Shown here piece after piece: positions 1-10,832 of a stretch of DNA of 32,966 nucleotides (within the stretch, counting starts at the first letter, position 1; each line of letters begins with the position of its first letter). Position numbers and translations under genes: made by a program. Origin of the DNA: Macrostomum lignano (lineage: Eukaryota). Location of the stretch: contig NIVC01003677.1 in the NCBI GenBank assembly GCA_002269645.1, positions 50,374-83,339 on the forward strand. The letters are read 5' to 3'. Below the pieces are notes generated by a model, which worked only from the letters and a program-made list of their open reading frames with translations, made no database searches and had not been told where the DNA came from.

Positions 1-1294
1 CTTTTTTGTATGCGCAAAGGTACAGCAAAAAGGGGCACGATATATGTTTTTTCATTCCATACGGCAAAAGCTATATTTTCTTTGATAGTTAAGAAAATAT
101 GGTCAAATTAGTTCACTTCTTTGATAGTGAAAGTATAATGAATAAAAAATGAGCCAACAAGGGTATGTTCTTGGATCTAGTAAGATCGTCTACAAGAACA
201 AAATCGAAAAATCCGGACTTTTTTAACGTCAACGATAACGGATTTATGTCTATAAATGATTTTGTTAAGATCTTCTGTTTTTGAGTGAGTGACACTTGTC
301 ACTAAAAGAACCTAAACGTTAGAACCTAAATTATTCACTACCAGTACCCGACGCTGGCGCAGTAAAGATTAAAAGATTTTTAGTCTCTTTTTAGTAGAAA
401 GCTGTAAACTTTCAAAATAATTTTTTGAAACTTGAATTGTTGGACATTACGACTAAAAACTTGAACTCAAATGTATTACTAGTAGCAGTAACCTAAGTAT
501 TAAATAATAAAAATTGCATGATACCAGTGTAAAGCATTTATATAATATATTGTATCCTCTATTGCAGTTATTGTTGTTAAATGCACTCTATAAAATGAAG
601 CCCGTTATTGTATTGCTTTAATGCTCAGATAAATAAGCCACAAATATTTACATTATGCAGCCATGTAATCCACTGTCACTAATTGTGTAATTGTGTAAAT
701 GTTGTACATTCATGCGTTGCTAGCTATAGTCTCTTATTTTATTTATTGTCGTTGACAGCCTCGAATTTGTAGAAACAGATTGTAATCAATTGCAAAAATG
801 TTTTCAATAGTTTTCCAGTTTTCAGCAAATTATATTTGTGATAATCTGAAACTAGGAGAAACAACCGCGATTTGACTTAAAATTTTCTAAAATATGTTTT
901 TTTCTATCTGTGCTCCAAGTGTCAATGAAGCGCATTGCCTACGAAGATATTCGATACACGATGCAACTTGAGCACATTCTAACGTTTTTAGCACATTGAC
1001 ATGCTATGATTTCGAAAAATGATGGCTTACATTCAAATAAAAATTACTGAAGTACGCGTTACTTATCTACTAATTTGACTTTCATAATTAAAAAAACTAA
1101 TATTTTGTTTTAAAGGTTAGACTGCGCATACTATTAGAATTTGTGCGCTAGACAAAGCGCTTTAAGGTATCATGTCAACGAATTCGAAAAGCAGCTCATC
1201 ATCTGCAATTATGATGGTGTAACGAAGTGACTTCGTAGTGGTATTTCAGCCATATGTTACCGAATTATCCTCCTAACTCACCTCTGTTCATGGC

Positions 1295-1565
1295 AGTCAC
1301 CAACCTAACCATCACTGTTCGTAAAATTAACGCCCTTGAGGGCCAACCCACGAAGCACGTTGAGGTGTACACTCCGAACGTTGAATAGCTCGTAAAATTA
1401 GGGTCCTGTGAATGTGTTTTTCCAGTGCGTATGACTGCGTACGTATCCGCGCGTTTGTGTGCCTGCTCAGGGGAGTCGGTGGAATGGGCAGCAATGCCTC
1501 TCGCTGGTTGTTTGAATGACGCTCAAAGTGCACACAGCCCCCTGCCTCTAACTGAAAGCTAAGCA
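1295..1565 (+). mobile_element. tRNA-derived SINE family A, degraded or 5'-eroded copy
   Basis: Body matches 26590-26860 and, inverted, 12131-12360 (e.g. gtgtgcctgctcaggggagtcggtggaatgggcagcaatgcctctcgctg and cagccccctgcctcta). The tRNA head is not clearly recognisable here; boundaries approximate. Confidence 0.75.
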
Positions 1566-2445
1566 TCCCCTGCCTCTGTGTTTATGACATTTAAAACGAC
1601 GAACAAAAATATCGTGTTGTTTCTCAACGTGACGATGTAATCGCATCGCCCAATGCTCGGCCGAAATGCCGCAAAGAACATTCTCTTAAGGCTTGTTCGC
1701 ACCGATCAAAACGAGACAAAATTTTGGTTACTTGTGCCTTAATTTGTATAGCATTGTCCATCAGTTGAGCGATTTGATACTCAATTTATGGAGGTGTAAA
1801 CGAAATAAAGTTTTATTCTGTTTTACTATAATGCATGTATGTGAGTAAATATTTGGTTTCAGTGCTGGCAAGGGAAATGGCCCATGATCCAGACGCCATG
1901 TCCATCGATAGGCGGGTTCAGATGACTCTAAACTTACACTACAGTCTACGGGTTATGGTACAACACAACGTACTACTTGGAGAATCAAGCAAAACAGTCT
2001 CCAATCAAAAATCCCTCTTATGAGGGTTCTTTCTGTGTCGCCTCCTCTTAAAGCCGGTTCTCTTCGACGTTTCCCGACGCGAGAATCTCTGCAAGCTCGT
2101 CGGCTACCCAAGAGCTACCTGGCTATCCGGTTGAGGGATCCGCTTCAAAAACGAGCAAAATTGGATCGAACTTTGCCGCTGTCCGCACCTGTATAGATAA
2201 TATTGCAGATATGTTTCCAAATTAAGCTTGTGTGGAGCGGACTACAGAAGCTTGCAAATCGCATGTTCTGTATTCCTGCATTCATCTACCGGTAATGCAA
2301 CTTTGCATTCAATTTATTTCAAGCAAACTAACTTGATGAGACAAGATTATATAATCTACCATTTCGATACCAAGCAGCTCGCATTGGCCTAAAAACATAG
2401 CTCTGCACCATTGGTTGATTCAAACTAAATAGTGGGAATAAACGG

Positions 2446-2452
2446 CTATAAA
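2446..2452 (+). promoter_or_regulatory. TATA box of WSC-PAN gene copy 1
   Basis: TATAAAA about 70 nt upstream of ATG 2517, in a context conserved in copy 2 (ggcTATAAAAccctttc). Confidence 0.6.
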
Positions 2453-2516
2453 ACCCTTTCTTGTATTTGCGTCTCATGCCGCATCTCGGCTCCCAGGTGT
2501 GGTGTCTCTAGCAGTC

Positions 2517-3201
2517 ATGGCCGACGCGTCTCGCCTACCGGTTCTTCTCTGTGCTCTCCTCACCTGCGTGGCAGGCAGATTCGTTTAATTCTCCTACGTG
2601 GGCTGCTATGTTGATAACACTGGCAGTGTTCGAGACATGAAAGGCATTGGTAGCCTCGAAAATGTCGCTTGAGATCTGCAGTGGCATCTGCGCTCAGAGC
2701 AGCTTCCCGTATTTTGTTGTGCAGTTTTCCACGGAGTGCTACTGCGACAGCTCCTTCGGGTTGCAAGGAAAGGGAAAAGAGAGCGACTGCAACAGGCCGT
2801 GCAGGGGAAACTGGAGTCAAATCTGCGGAGATGCAGATCGCAACTCGGTGTATGCTCTGAGCTACCCTGGTCAGTAACTGAGTGTCTTATTCTTCATTTG
2901 CAATAAATCAACCAAGACATGCCATGAAACAACTGGCACATCGGGACTCTTCAATTCAGTTTCAGACTGGAACAGCTACACGGTGGTGAAGCCAAGCAAC
3001 CTGACGGTCACATTCAAGAGAACCCGCTACTCGCTTGTCGCTGCCCAGTCTGACGCGGACTGCCTGCTCCAGTGCAGCGCCAGAGCCGACTGCCAGGCCG
3101 CCGTTTTCTCCAAGCGGCTGCTCGCCTGCCGCCTGCTGGACTTTGTCTACCCGCCAGCCAGCCTGACCGGACCCGACTGGACTCTCTTCGTGCGGGGCTG
3201 A
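2517..3201 (+). pseudogene. Disabled secreted WSC + PAN/apple-like gene (exon 1 2517-2869, intron 2870-2965, exon 2 2966-3201)
   Basis: Paralog of 9534-10228 with the same GT-AG intron. In-frame TAA at 2586-2588 (CAC in copy 2) and a net 8-nt deletion causing a frameshift between 2643 and 2661. Exon 2 is still open (VKPSNLTV...WTLFVRG*). Confidence 0.85.
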
Positions 3202-3455
3202 GCGCGCGACCCAGGATAGGAACGGCATAGCAACAGCAGTTGCTGTTTATCTTTTTGAACAGGCGTGAAGTTTTACAGAAAGCTAAGAACACTCCAAAAT
3301 CTTAATCAGGATTTGTTGATTAAATTTGAACAACTTTTTGTGATGCAATTTGGTATGTCGGTGAAGCTAGAGTTATCGATCAAATATAACAAGCCTTCAT
3401 TTTTACTACTCTCTATTGAGCGACGAGTGACCCAGAGTATATAACTAAATCTGCT

Positions 3456-4704
3456 GTCAGTCAGTCAGTCAGTCAGTCAGTCAGTCAGTCAGTCAGTCAG
3501 TCAGTCAGTCAGTCAGTCAGTCAGTCAGTCAGTCAGTCAGTCAGTCAGTCAGTCAGTCAGTCAGTCAGTCAGTCAGTCAGTCAGTCAGTCAGTCAGTCAG
3601 TCAGTCAGTCAGTCAGTCAGTCAGTCAGTCAGTCAGTCAGTCAGTCAGTCAGTCAGTCAGTCAGTCAGTCAGTCAGTCAGTCAGTCAGTCAGTCAGTCAG
3701 TCAGTCAGTCACCCACTCACTCAAGTCAGTCAGTCAGTCAGTCACCCACTCACTCAAGTCAGTCAGTCAGTCAGTCAGTCAGTCAGTCACCCACTCACTC
3801 AAGTCAGTCAGTCAGTCAGTCAGTCAGTCAGTCAGTCAGTCAGTCAGTCACCCACTCACTCAAGTCAGTCAGTCAGTCAGTCAGTCAGTCAGTCAGTCAG
3901 TCACCCACTCACTCAAGTCAGTCAGTCAGTCAGTCAGTCAGTCAGTCAGTCAGTCAGTCAGTCAGTCAGTCAGTCAGTCAGTCAGTCAGTCAGTCAGTCA
4001 GTCAGTCAGTCAGTCAATCAGTCACCCACTCACTCAAGTCAGTCAGTCAGTCAGTCACCCACTCACTCAAGTCAGTCAGTCAGTCAGTCAGTCAGTCAGT
4101 CACCACTCACTCAAGTCAGTCAGTCAGTCAGTCAGTCAGTCAGTCAGTCAGTCAGTCAGTCACCCACTCACTCAAGTCAGTCAGTCAGTCAGTCACCCAC
4201 TCACTCAAGTCAGTCAGTCAGTCAGTCAGTCAGTCAGTCAGTCAGTCAGTCAGTCAGTCAGTCAGTCAGTCAGTCAGTCAGTCAGTCAGTCAGTCAGTCA
4301 GTCAGTCACCCACTCACTCAAGTCAGTCAGTCAGTCAGTCAGTCAGTCAGTCAGTCAGTCAGTCAGTCAGTCAGTCAGTCAGTCAGTCAGTCAGTCAGTC
4401 AGTCAGTCAGTCAGTCAGTCAGTCAGTCAGTCAGTCAGTCAGTCAGTCAGTCAGTCACCCACTCACTCAAGTCAGTCAGTCAGTCAGTCAGTCAGTCAGT
4501 CAGTCAGTCAGTCAGTCAGTCAGTCAGTCAGTCAGTCAGTCAGTCAGTCAGTCAGTCAGTCAGTCAGTCAGTCAGTCAGTCATTCAGTCAGTCACAGTCA
4601 GTCAGTCAGTCAGTCAGTCAGTCAGTCAGTCAGTCAGTCAGTCAGTCAGTCAGTCAGTCAGTCAGTCAGTCAGTCAGTCAGTCAGTCAGTCAGTCAGTCA
4701 GTCA
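3456..4704. repeat. (CAGT)n tetranucleotide array, ~1.25 kb, with recurrent CCCACTCACTCAAG interruptions
   Basis: Read directly; about a dozen copies of the interrupting variant at irregular spacing. Confidence 0.98.
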
Positions 4705-5400
4705 AAGATTTCATTTCAAAGTGCATTTTGCTCACTTTGGACTCTGCTGAGTGGAATGCTCACACACTGGGTATTCACTGACTGTGAATCTATTGACTGG
4801 GATTTAAAACTTAGTGAATCGATTTATGCGGAAAAATTACGAGTTTTAATGTGAATTCCATTTATAATACATAACGCGCTGTAACGTCCTGTTTCCGGAA
4901 TATTTTTCTATAATTTTATGGTGTCTGTTCTCTTATTACGATAAATTTCTGTCCCTGGCCCAATCCTCGTCACGTCTGCCACGTCCCCAGTAATAGCCGA
5001 CTCCAACAAATGATATGCTCTCAAACGAAAATTTTCATCATGAGCCATCAGCAATGTATTGACACCGTAAGCAAGAGGCTTTGCTTCAGACTATCAAATA
5101 AAATAACAGCCTTTAGTCGAGACTGTGTAAAAAATAAAAGTAAATGGAGATGCATAAAATTTTCGTCAAATGCATTAAAGTTGCACTTTAATCGCTGCTG
5201 GATGTTATCCCACTGATGAAGAACTGATCCCATCAAACTTAGTGGATTTCACATTTTCTTTCTGGAGGGAAGAACATGCCGGTTACGTTTTCGGTGCTTC
5301 CAATATTTGAACAGAGTTTTTTGTCACCTATATGCTTCTCCACACTTGTCTTGATGCGCTGCTGAGTACGAGGCGCAGTATGGAACTGGCATGGATACTA

Positions 5401-6148
5401 GGAGGCTTATTATATTTTCAGACTTTCGAGTTGATTGCAAATAGATGCTGCGACCTCCACGTGGTAAAGTTGAGAGCCGCGCTTAACTGCTGCGGCGGCC
5501 AACAGTGGCAGGACCAAGCGAGGGCAACGAAGCATAGTGCTGTCCGCCGAGATGCTGCCCCGCTGGTTCATGCGAATCTTCTGGGTGGCGTCAGTGACCG
5601 TGAGACTCGCTGCCATCGAGCCCCAGCCGTACCACAGGGCACGCTCAGTACCACAGCTGCCGTACTCTCAAGGCCGCCTGGCGAAATCATCTCCCTGCAT
5701 GAGGTGTACATCAGAGACGACCTGGGAATTCACTGTGAGGACCAAGGGGACGGAGGAACCCGCTGGTACACGTCGACGGACCAACGAGGCCGTGAGGCCG
5801 TGGAGGAATTGGAGCGCTGATTGGACCGAGGCTCCTTATCTGACCGGCTGCTTTGAATCGACGTCCGGAACGCTTATTAGTTCTTAGTTTATACTGTAGT
5901 ATAAAGTTATTAGTTATTAGTTATACGATAGTATAATCGAGTTGAGCCCTGCTACCCGCAACCGGTGCTGGAGGAGTTGTCTCTGACGTTGCAGGCACCC
6001 TACCGGCGAGGAAAGGCGCGCACTCGGTGCTTCCTCGACTGCCTGCCGGCTGATGCTGGAGTCCCGGACACTGCCAGCGGTGCGGCCTACGTTCGCGCCC
6101 AGGCCCTGAAACTCGCCCTGTGACATTTTCTTGCCTGTCAAGATAATA
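5401..6148 (+). pseudogene. GC-rich gene-fragment island of unknown family, present in duplication unit A only
   Basis: Unit B runs gcatggatacta-ac-acgaatgc (~11288-11309) with no island. The island has an acceptor-like ttttcag at ~5415-5421, coding-like frames broken by stops, and a terminal frame VEPCYPQPVLEELSLTLQAPYRRGKARTRCFLDCLP...QALKLAL* ending ~6123. Confidence 0.4.
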
Positions 6149-6429
6149 GCACGAATGCTTTTTATTCGAGGTGTCAGTTTTCTGATAATAGAGATTCAGA
6201 ATCAGATTCAGACAGCGTCCCGTGAGGTCTGTGAATGGCAACTACGTCATTGTATGTACGTCTTAGTTTTTTAGAACCTCACAAAATATACATCGCTAAC
6301 TTGGCCAGTTTGGGCCCTTCGTTTTCACGCTCAGCATAAACCGCAGTCTTCAGACTTAAGAAATACATAGTGATGGTTGTATTTTTTCCAATAACAACAT
6401 CTTGGAAAAAAAGACAAAAAGTAATTGCT

Positions 6430-6780
6430 GTTGTGTGCTGTTGCTATCCTAAGTCGCCACTTAGCAACAAATGGAGAGAGTCTTGGCTTACTTGACTCAG
6501 CTGCAGGGATTGCGGGCATCCAGATACAGCGGTAAGGCGCCGCCGCCCATTCCGCTAACCTCTGGCGACCACGAGCATCTAATGCTGCGGTTCCACGCAG
6601 GGAGATCCGTTGGTGCCAGTGTCCGCAGCGCGGTTCCCCTCCAGAGATTCTAGGAGATTCTAGGAGGTAGATAGTCGCTCGCCCGGTAGCCCAAGTACCA
6701 GTAGCGGACGAGCTGGCTGAGATTCTCGGGCCTGAAAATGTCCGAGAGGTCCGGTTTTGGAGCGAAAAGCGTCAAACTTT
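6430..6780 (-). pseudogene. Decayed coding fragment of unknown family
   Basis: Minus strand reads LFAPKPDLSDIFRPENLSQLVRYWYLGY. A 10-bp tandem duplication (gattctagga x2, ~6646-6665) breaks the frame. Similar to KPVLFDVSRRENLCKLVR on the plus strand at ~2050-2105. Confidence 0.35.
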
Positions 6781-6806
6781 TCTTTTTTCCAGTCGACTCT
6801 GATAGA

Positions 6807-6837
6807 AGCAGGCAGTCAGCGTCAGACTGGGCAGCGG
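6807..6837 (-). pseudogene. Micro-remnant of the PAN-like exon (AAQSDADCLL)
   Basis: Reverse complement gccgctgcccagtctgacgctgactgcctgct nearly matches exon 2 of both WSC-PAN genes (gtcgctgcccagtctgacgcggactgcctgct). Confidence 0.7.
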
Positions 6838-6929
6838 CTTTGACTCTCGAAGCTCTAGCTGGAATAATCTACTGCAATGCTTTCGGTGCCTCTGATATTT
6901 TTCGACAATAGTGATATTAGTGCCTTTTT

Positions 6930-7410
6930 GAAACTTGAACACTGCATCGCTCTCACTTTTTACTCGAGGCGTAATTTTTCAGGTTACGAGCGTAATGAAG
7001 ATGAAAATGCATCTCTTTTTAGAAGCCATAAACTCTCTGTGACGAACATAGCTCGTAGATTTCAATACAGCATTTGATAGACTGAATAAGTTCGACAGCT
7101 AAGTTCAACTGATATAAATATATATAAGAAATGAGCAATGCTAGTTTTTCATGTACATGTAGCATTAATCCTCAAATAAAAATTTGAGAAAGCTTGGGTA
7201 GTAGCTCTAAAGTAAGATTAACACGGATAAAGACAGCGTTCTGAGGTTGTCAAATGGAAATGTCTGCGTTAATTCAGGAAGTCTCCCGCTAAAGCGCATA
7301 TAGATATTTTGTTCCTACCAGTGAAGTTCATCTCTTCTCATTTCTTATGTTCATATCTCTTATGGCTACTAAAAGTAGAAAAGCTAGAAAACGCTTGCAA
7401 ATTTCCGACG
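6930..7410 (+). repeat. Non-coding segment paralogous to ~22290-22680
   Basis: Shared blocks cactgcatcgctctcactttttactcgag, ttcgacagctaa, aaagacagcgttctga, ctaaaagtagaaaa and tgcaaatttccga occur in the same order and orientation. Confidence 0.8.
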
Positions 7411-7989
7411 ATCACACAAAGAGGCTGTTGCACTGTTTCTGGGTGCCCTGCGCTAAAGAAAAGAGCTGAAAGTCGGCAGAGCAAGCATCTATCCACGCCA
7501 AGTCATCAACAATCGTACTTCGAAGTACCCCACATTGCCTCAAGCGCACGACCGAAGTTAGTTGATTAATTTTCTACTTTGTGGATCGTATGGTTATTTG
7601 CTTCAGTTAGCTTTGCACTCCGTGCACCGGACCGATTTCTCTCGTACCATCTCCGACTATATTCATTTGCAAGCCACCAAGCTGCGCCAGACTCTCTAGA
7701 TCAACGACTCCGACTGATTCCGGTGCATTCCGGTGCATAAAGTCTGGCCATCCAGCTGCTACTTTGATGTTCCGACCGGGCGTAGCTTGGTTGGGTGTTA
7801 AACCAGTGGGTGTGGCTCTTGGGCGTTGGTGCGGGGGTGGTGGGCCGGGCCTTGGTCACTTGCCCGCGGCTTGTGTGGCATTTATTTAATGCGATGCGGG
7901 CTGTCGCTGACCCGCCAAGCGCGTATTGATTTTTTTTTGTCTTTTAAGTCCTTTAAAATAAAGTAAATAAATACGCTCAAATACTCGTA

Positions 7990-8090
7990 CAATAGGGCCA
8001 GGCTCGAACCTGCGCCTCTCCTGCCAACTGCCTTGACTTCGTCTCACTGCTTTAATTGCACGCGCAACCTGATCTCGTTTTTGCGTTTAA
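7990..8090 (-). mobile_element. Possible tRNA-like SINE head remnant
   Basis: Minus strand has a B-box-like GGTTCGAGCC (~8021-8030) in GC-rich context; no body recognised. Confidence 0.25.
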
Positions 8091-8594
8091 ATCTCATAAG
8101 AACCGAGGAAATTTCTCAAGCCCTAAGTCTAACGACACCCTTACGCCTACCTTGAACAGCCCTCCTGCACTTATATATTTTGAGCTGGGCCGCACGAGGT
8201 TGCCCGTATTGAGTTGACTAACTTTGACAGGGAGATATCTACGAGCGTAGAAGGACGTAACTATTCATCTTGGTACGGGGCTTCTTAAGCAATAAAAATA
8301 TATATTAAAGCGTCATATTATAACTAGCCAAATAAATAAGGTCTAATTAAATATGTTTACGAGTAAGAGCTAATTAACTATGAACAAAGATATCGTAGAG
8401 CTCAAAGTTATCGAATTCCGGACTCTAACGATTCTATCAACCTGTTGATCGCAATTTCTGTTTAACTCTTTACGCTTGTAATCGCAAGCAGAGTAAACTG
8501 TAGACGGAAAAATATTTTACAAATTAGGAATTCCAAGCTGGGTTCGCTGTGAAACGACCAGCCTGAAAATGCTTTCTGATTTGTTTTACTGCAG

Positions 8595-8736
8595 GTGTAT
8601 CACGTATGAGAGCGACTTTGTGACAGCGGATGACTGTTCTCGGCCGTTTGGTCTGGCCAGCAGTCAGAACGTGCTTTGTGGCCGTCCCGAGAGGGGCAAA
8701 GCCGTTGTGTACAAGTTCCAAGCCACCTGTGTTTGA
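8595..8736 (+). pseudogene. Degenerate WSC-like exon fragment
   Basis: After an acceptor-like ttttactgcag: CITYESDFVTADDCSRPFGLASSQNVLCGRPERGKAVVYKF, resembling the WSC C-terminal half ECNRPCSGNSSQICGGGGRNAVY of the neighbouring gene. Stop at 8734-8736. Confidence 0.35.
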
Positions 8737-9463
8737 GTGGTGTTTGTCAGCAACGATCGGTGCAACTCTCGGGGTTTTATCGGCGTTTACTACGACGTAC
8801 TTTGATCGGCTTTCCAGTATGTTTTGACGGTGCCAGACGCGCCTCCGTCATCATAATTTTTCTGGACCACATTTTGGTAGCTCGTGGTAGTGCCTCTCAG
8901 CGGCAAATTAGGACTTCCTCAGAGTCTGTATCGCAAAGCACCAAAACCGTTTAGGGTCAACTTCACCAACTTTAAATCTTTTGTGAATGTCTTTTAATTC
9001 AAGAAGGAATACGGGCACAGGGTCACAGGGGAATGATATTCTGCGACAGGTAAACTGCTGCTGACACTCTCCTTACAGGCAAAGTTCCCTAACAGTAGAA
9101 CGTAGACCGTAGAAAATAATATCAAAACCAGACAAAAAAGTGTTATTACTCAGAATTTAATTTGTGCAGCATTGTACATCATTAGTACGATTCGCTGGCT
9201 CGTTTGAAGGCGATGTAAAGGGAGTAAAGTTTTTTAAACCTTTTAATTTTCAAATAAATGTATTCTCAGTGCTGGCGATTAAACTAGCCCATAATCTACA
9301 TCGATAGCGGGGCTCAAACGAATAGAAATTTACAGTAAAGCACGCACAGATTATGGCACAGCACAGCCAGTACGATTTAGGTACAAAAGCGAATCGCCAT
9401 TGGTCTAAAAAATAAAGCCCTACATCTATTGGTTGATTCATCCACGGTAGCGGGATAAAGGGC

Positions 9464-9470
9464 TATAAAA
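9464..9470 (+). promoter_or_regulatory. TATA box of WSC-PAN gene copy 2
   Basis: TATAAAA 70 nt upstream of ATG 9534; context conserved with copy 1. Confidence 0.65.
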
Positions 9471-9533
9471 CCCTTTCGCTTATTTGCGTCTCATAGCGCA
9501 TCTCGGCTTCCAGTTTTGGCGTCCCTAGTAGTC

Positions 9534-10228
9534 ATGGCCGACACGCCTTGCCTACCGGTTTTTCTCTGTGCCCTGCTCGCCTGCGTGGCCGGCAGGTTCG
9601 TTCACTTCTCCTACGTGGGCTGCTATGTTGACTATATTGACGGAACGCGAGATATGAAAGGTAATAATTTGAATAGCCCCGATGAAATGTCGCTTGAGAT
9701 CTGCAGCGCCATCTGCTCTCTGGACAGCTTTCTGTATTTCGGTGTGCAGTTTTCTTCTCAGTGCTTCTGCGACAGCTCCTTCGGGTCGCAGGGAAAGGGA
9801 GAAGAGAGCGAATGCAACAGGCCGTGCAGTGGAAACTCGAGTCAAATCTGCGGAGGTGGAGGTCGCAACGCGGTTTATGCTCTGAGCTACCCTGGTCAGT
9901 AACTGAGTTGTTTTATATTTCATCTGCAATGAGCATCCAAGACAAGCCATAAATCAGCTGCGATTCATTGAGACTTGAAAATTCAGTTTCAGACTGGAAC
10001 AGCTACACGGTGGTGAAGCCAAGCAACCTGACGGTCACATTCAAGAGAACCCGCTATAATCTTGTCGCTGCCCAGTCTGACGCGGACTGCCTGCTCCAGT
10101 GCAGCGCCAGAGCCGACTGCCAGGCCGCCGTTTTCTCCAAGCGGCTGCTCGCCTGCCGCCTGCTGGACTTTGTCTACCCGCCAGCCAGTCTGACTGGACC
10201 CGACTGGACTCTCTTCGTGCGTGGCTGA
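9534..10228 (+). CDS. Secreted WSC-domain + PAN/apple-like protein, 198 aa (exon 1 9534-9894, phase-1 intron 9895-9992, exon 2 9993-10228)
   Basis: Signal-peptide-like MADTPCLPVFLCALLACVAG. WSC signature YVGCYVD...MSLEICSAIC...YFGVQFSSQCFC...ECNRPCSGNSSQICGG...NAVY. Donor G|GTCAGT and acceptor tttcag join the exons in frame (YP-DWNS). Exon 2 has CLLQCSARADCQAAVF...CRL, a PAN/apple-like Cys pattern. Confidence 0.88.
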
Positions 10229-10495
10229 GCGCGCGACCCAGGATAGCAACGGCACAGCAACAGCAACCGCTGTTCATCTTTTTGAACAGCGTGCAAGTTT
10301 ACAGAAAACTAAAAAGAGTCTAGATATTCTTTTGTTTTGTTGATGGAATTAGAACAACTTTTTGCCATGCAATTCCGTATGTCAGTGAAGCTAGAGTCAT
10401 CGAACAAATATAACGAACCATAATTTTTACTAACTCGTTATTAAGCGACGAGTGAGCCAGAGTATATAACTAAATCTGCTGTCAGTAAATTATTT

Positions 10496-10832
10496 AGTCA
10501 GTCAGTCAGTCAGTCAGTCAGTCAGTCAGCTAGTCAGTCAGTCAGTCAGTCAGTCAGTCAGTCAGTCAGTCAGTCAGTCAGTCAGTCAGTCAGTCAGTCA
10601 GTCAGTCAGTCAGTCAGTCAGTCAGTCAGTCAGTCAGTCAGTCAGTCAGTCAGTCACCCACTCACTCAAGTCAGTCAGTCAGTCAGTCAGTCAGTCAGTC
10701 AGTCAGTCAGTCAGTCAGTCAGTCAGTCAGTCAGTCAGTCAGTCAGTCAGTCAGTCAGTCAGTCAGTCAGTCAGTCAGTCAGTCAGTCAGTCAGTCAGTC
10801 AGTCAGTCAGTCAGTCAGTCAGTCAGTCAGTC
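10496..10832. repeat. (CAGT)n array, ~335 bp
   Basis: Read directly; same position relative to the gene as 3456-4704; one CCCACTCACTCAAG interruption. Confidence 0.98.

Larger units (their letters stand above)
1840..5400 (+). repeat. Segmental duplication unit A (paralogous to ~9270-11300)
   Basis: Colinear similarity with the second unit in the upstream region (2410-2520 vs 9425-9537), both exons, the 3' flank (3200-3460 vs 10228-10485), the CAGT array and the post-array sequence (5030-5400 vs 10950-11300). Boundaries approximate. Confidence 0.85.

Noticed and set aside
5395-5405. Helitron boundary (CTAG) for the gene-fragment island
   Set aside because: The paralogous empty site keeps 'cta' and lacks the A|T target; no subterminal hairpin or 5'-TC found.
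7610-7930. Possible 3' end of a tyrosine-recombinase ORF (SRTISDYIHLQ) with GC-rich terminal sequence
   Set aside because: Similarity to the GRWxSxxxxxYI motif is too weak by eye, and it shows no clear match to 24988-25393.
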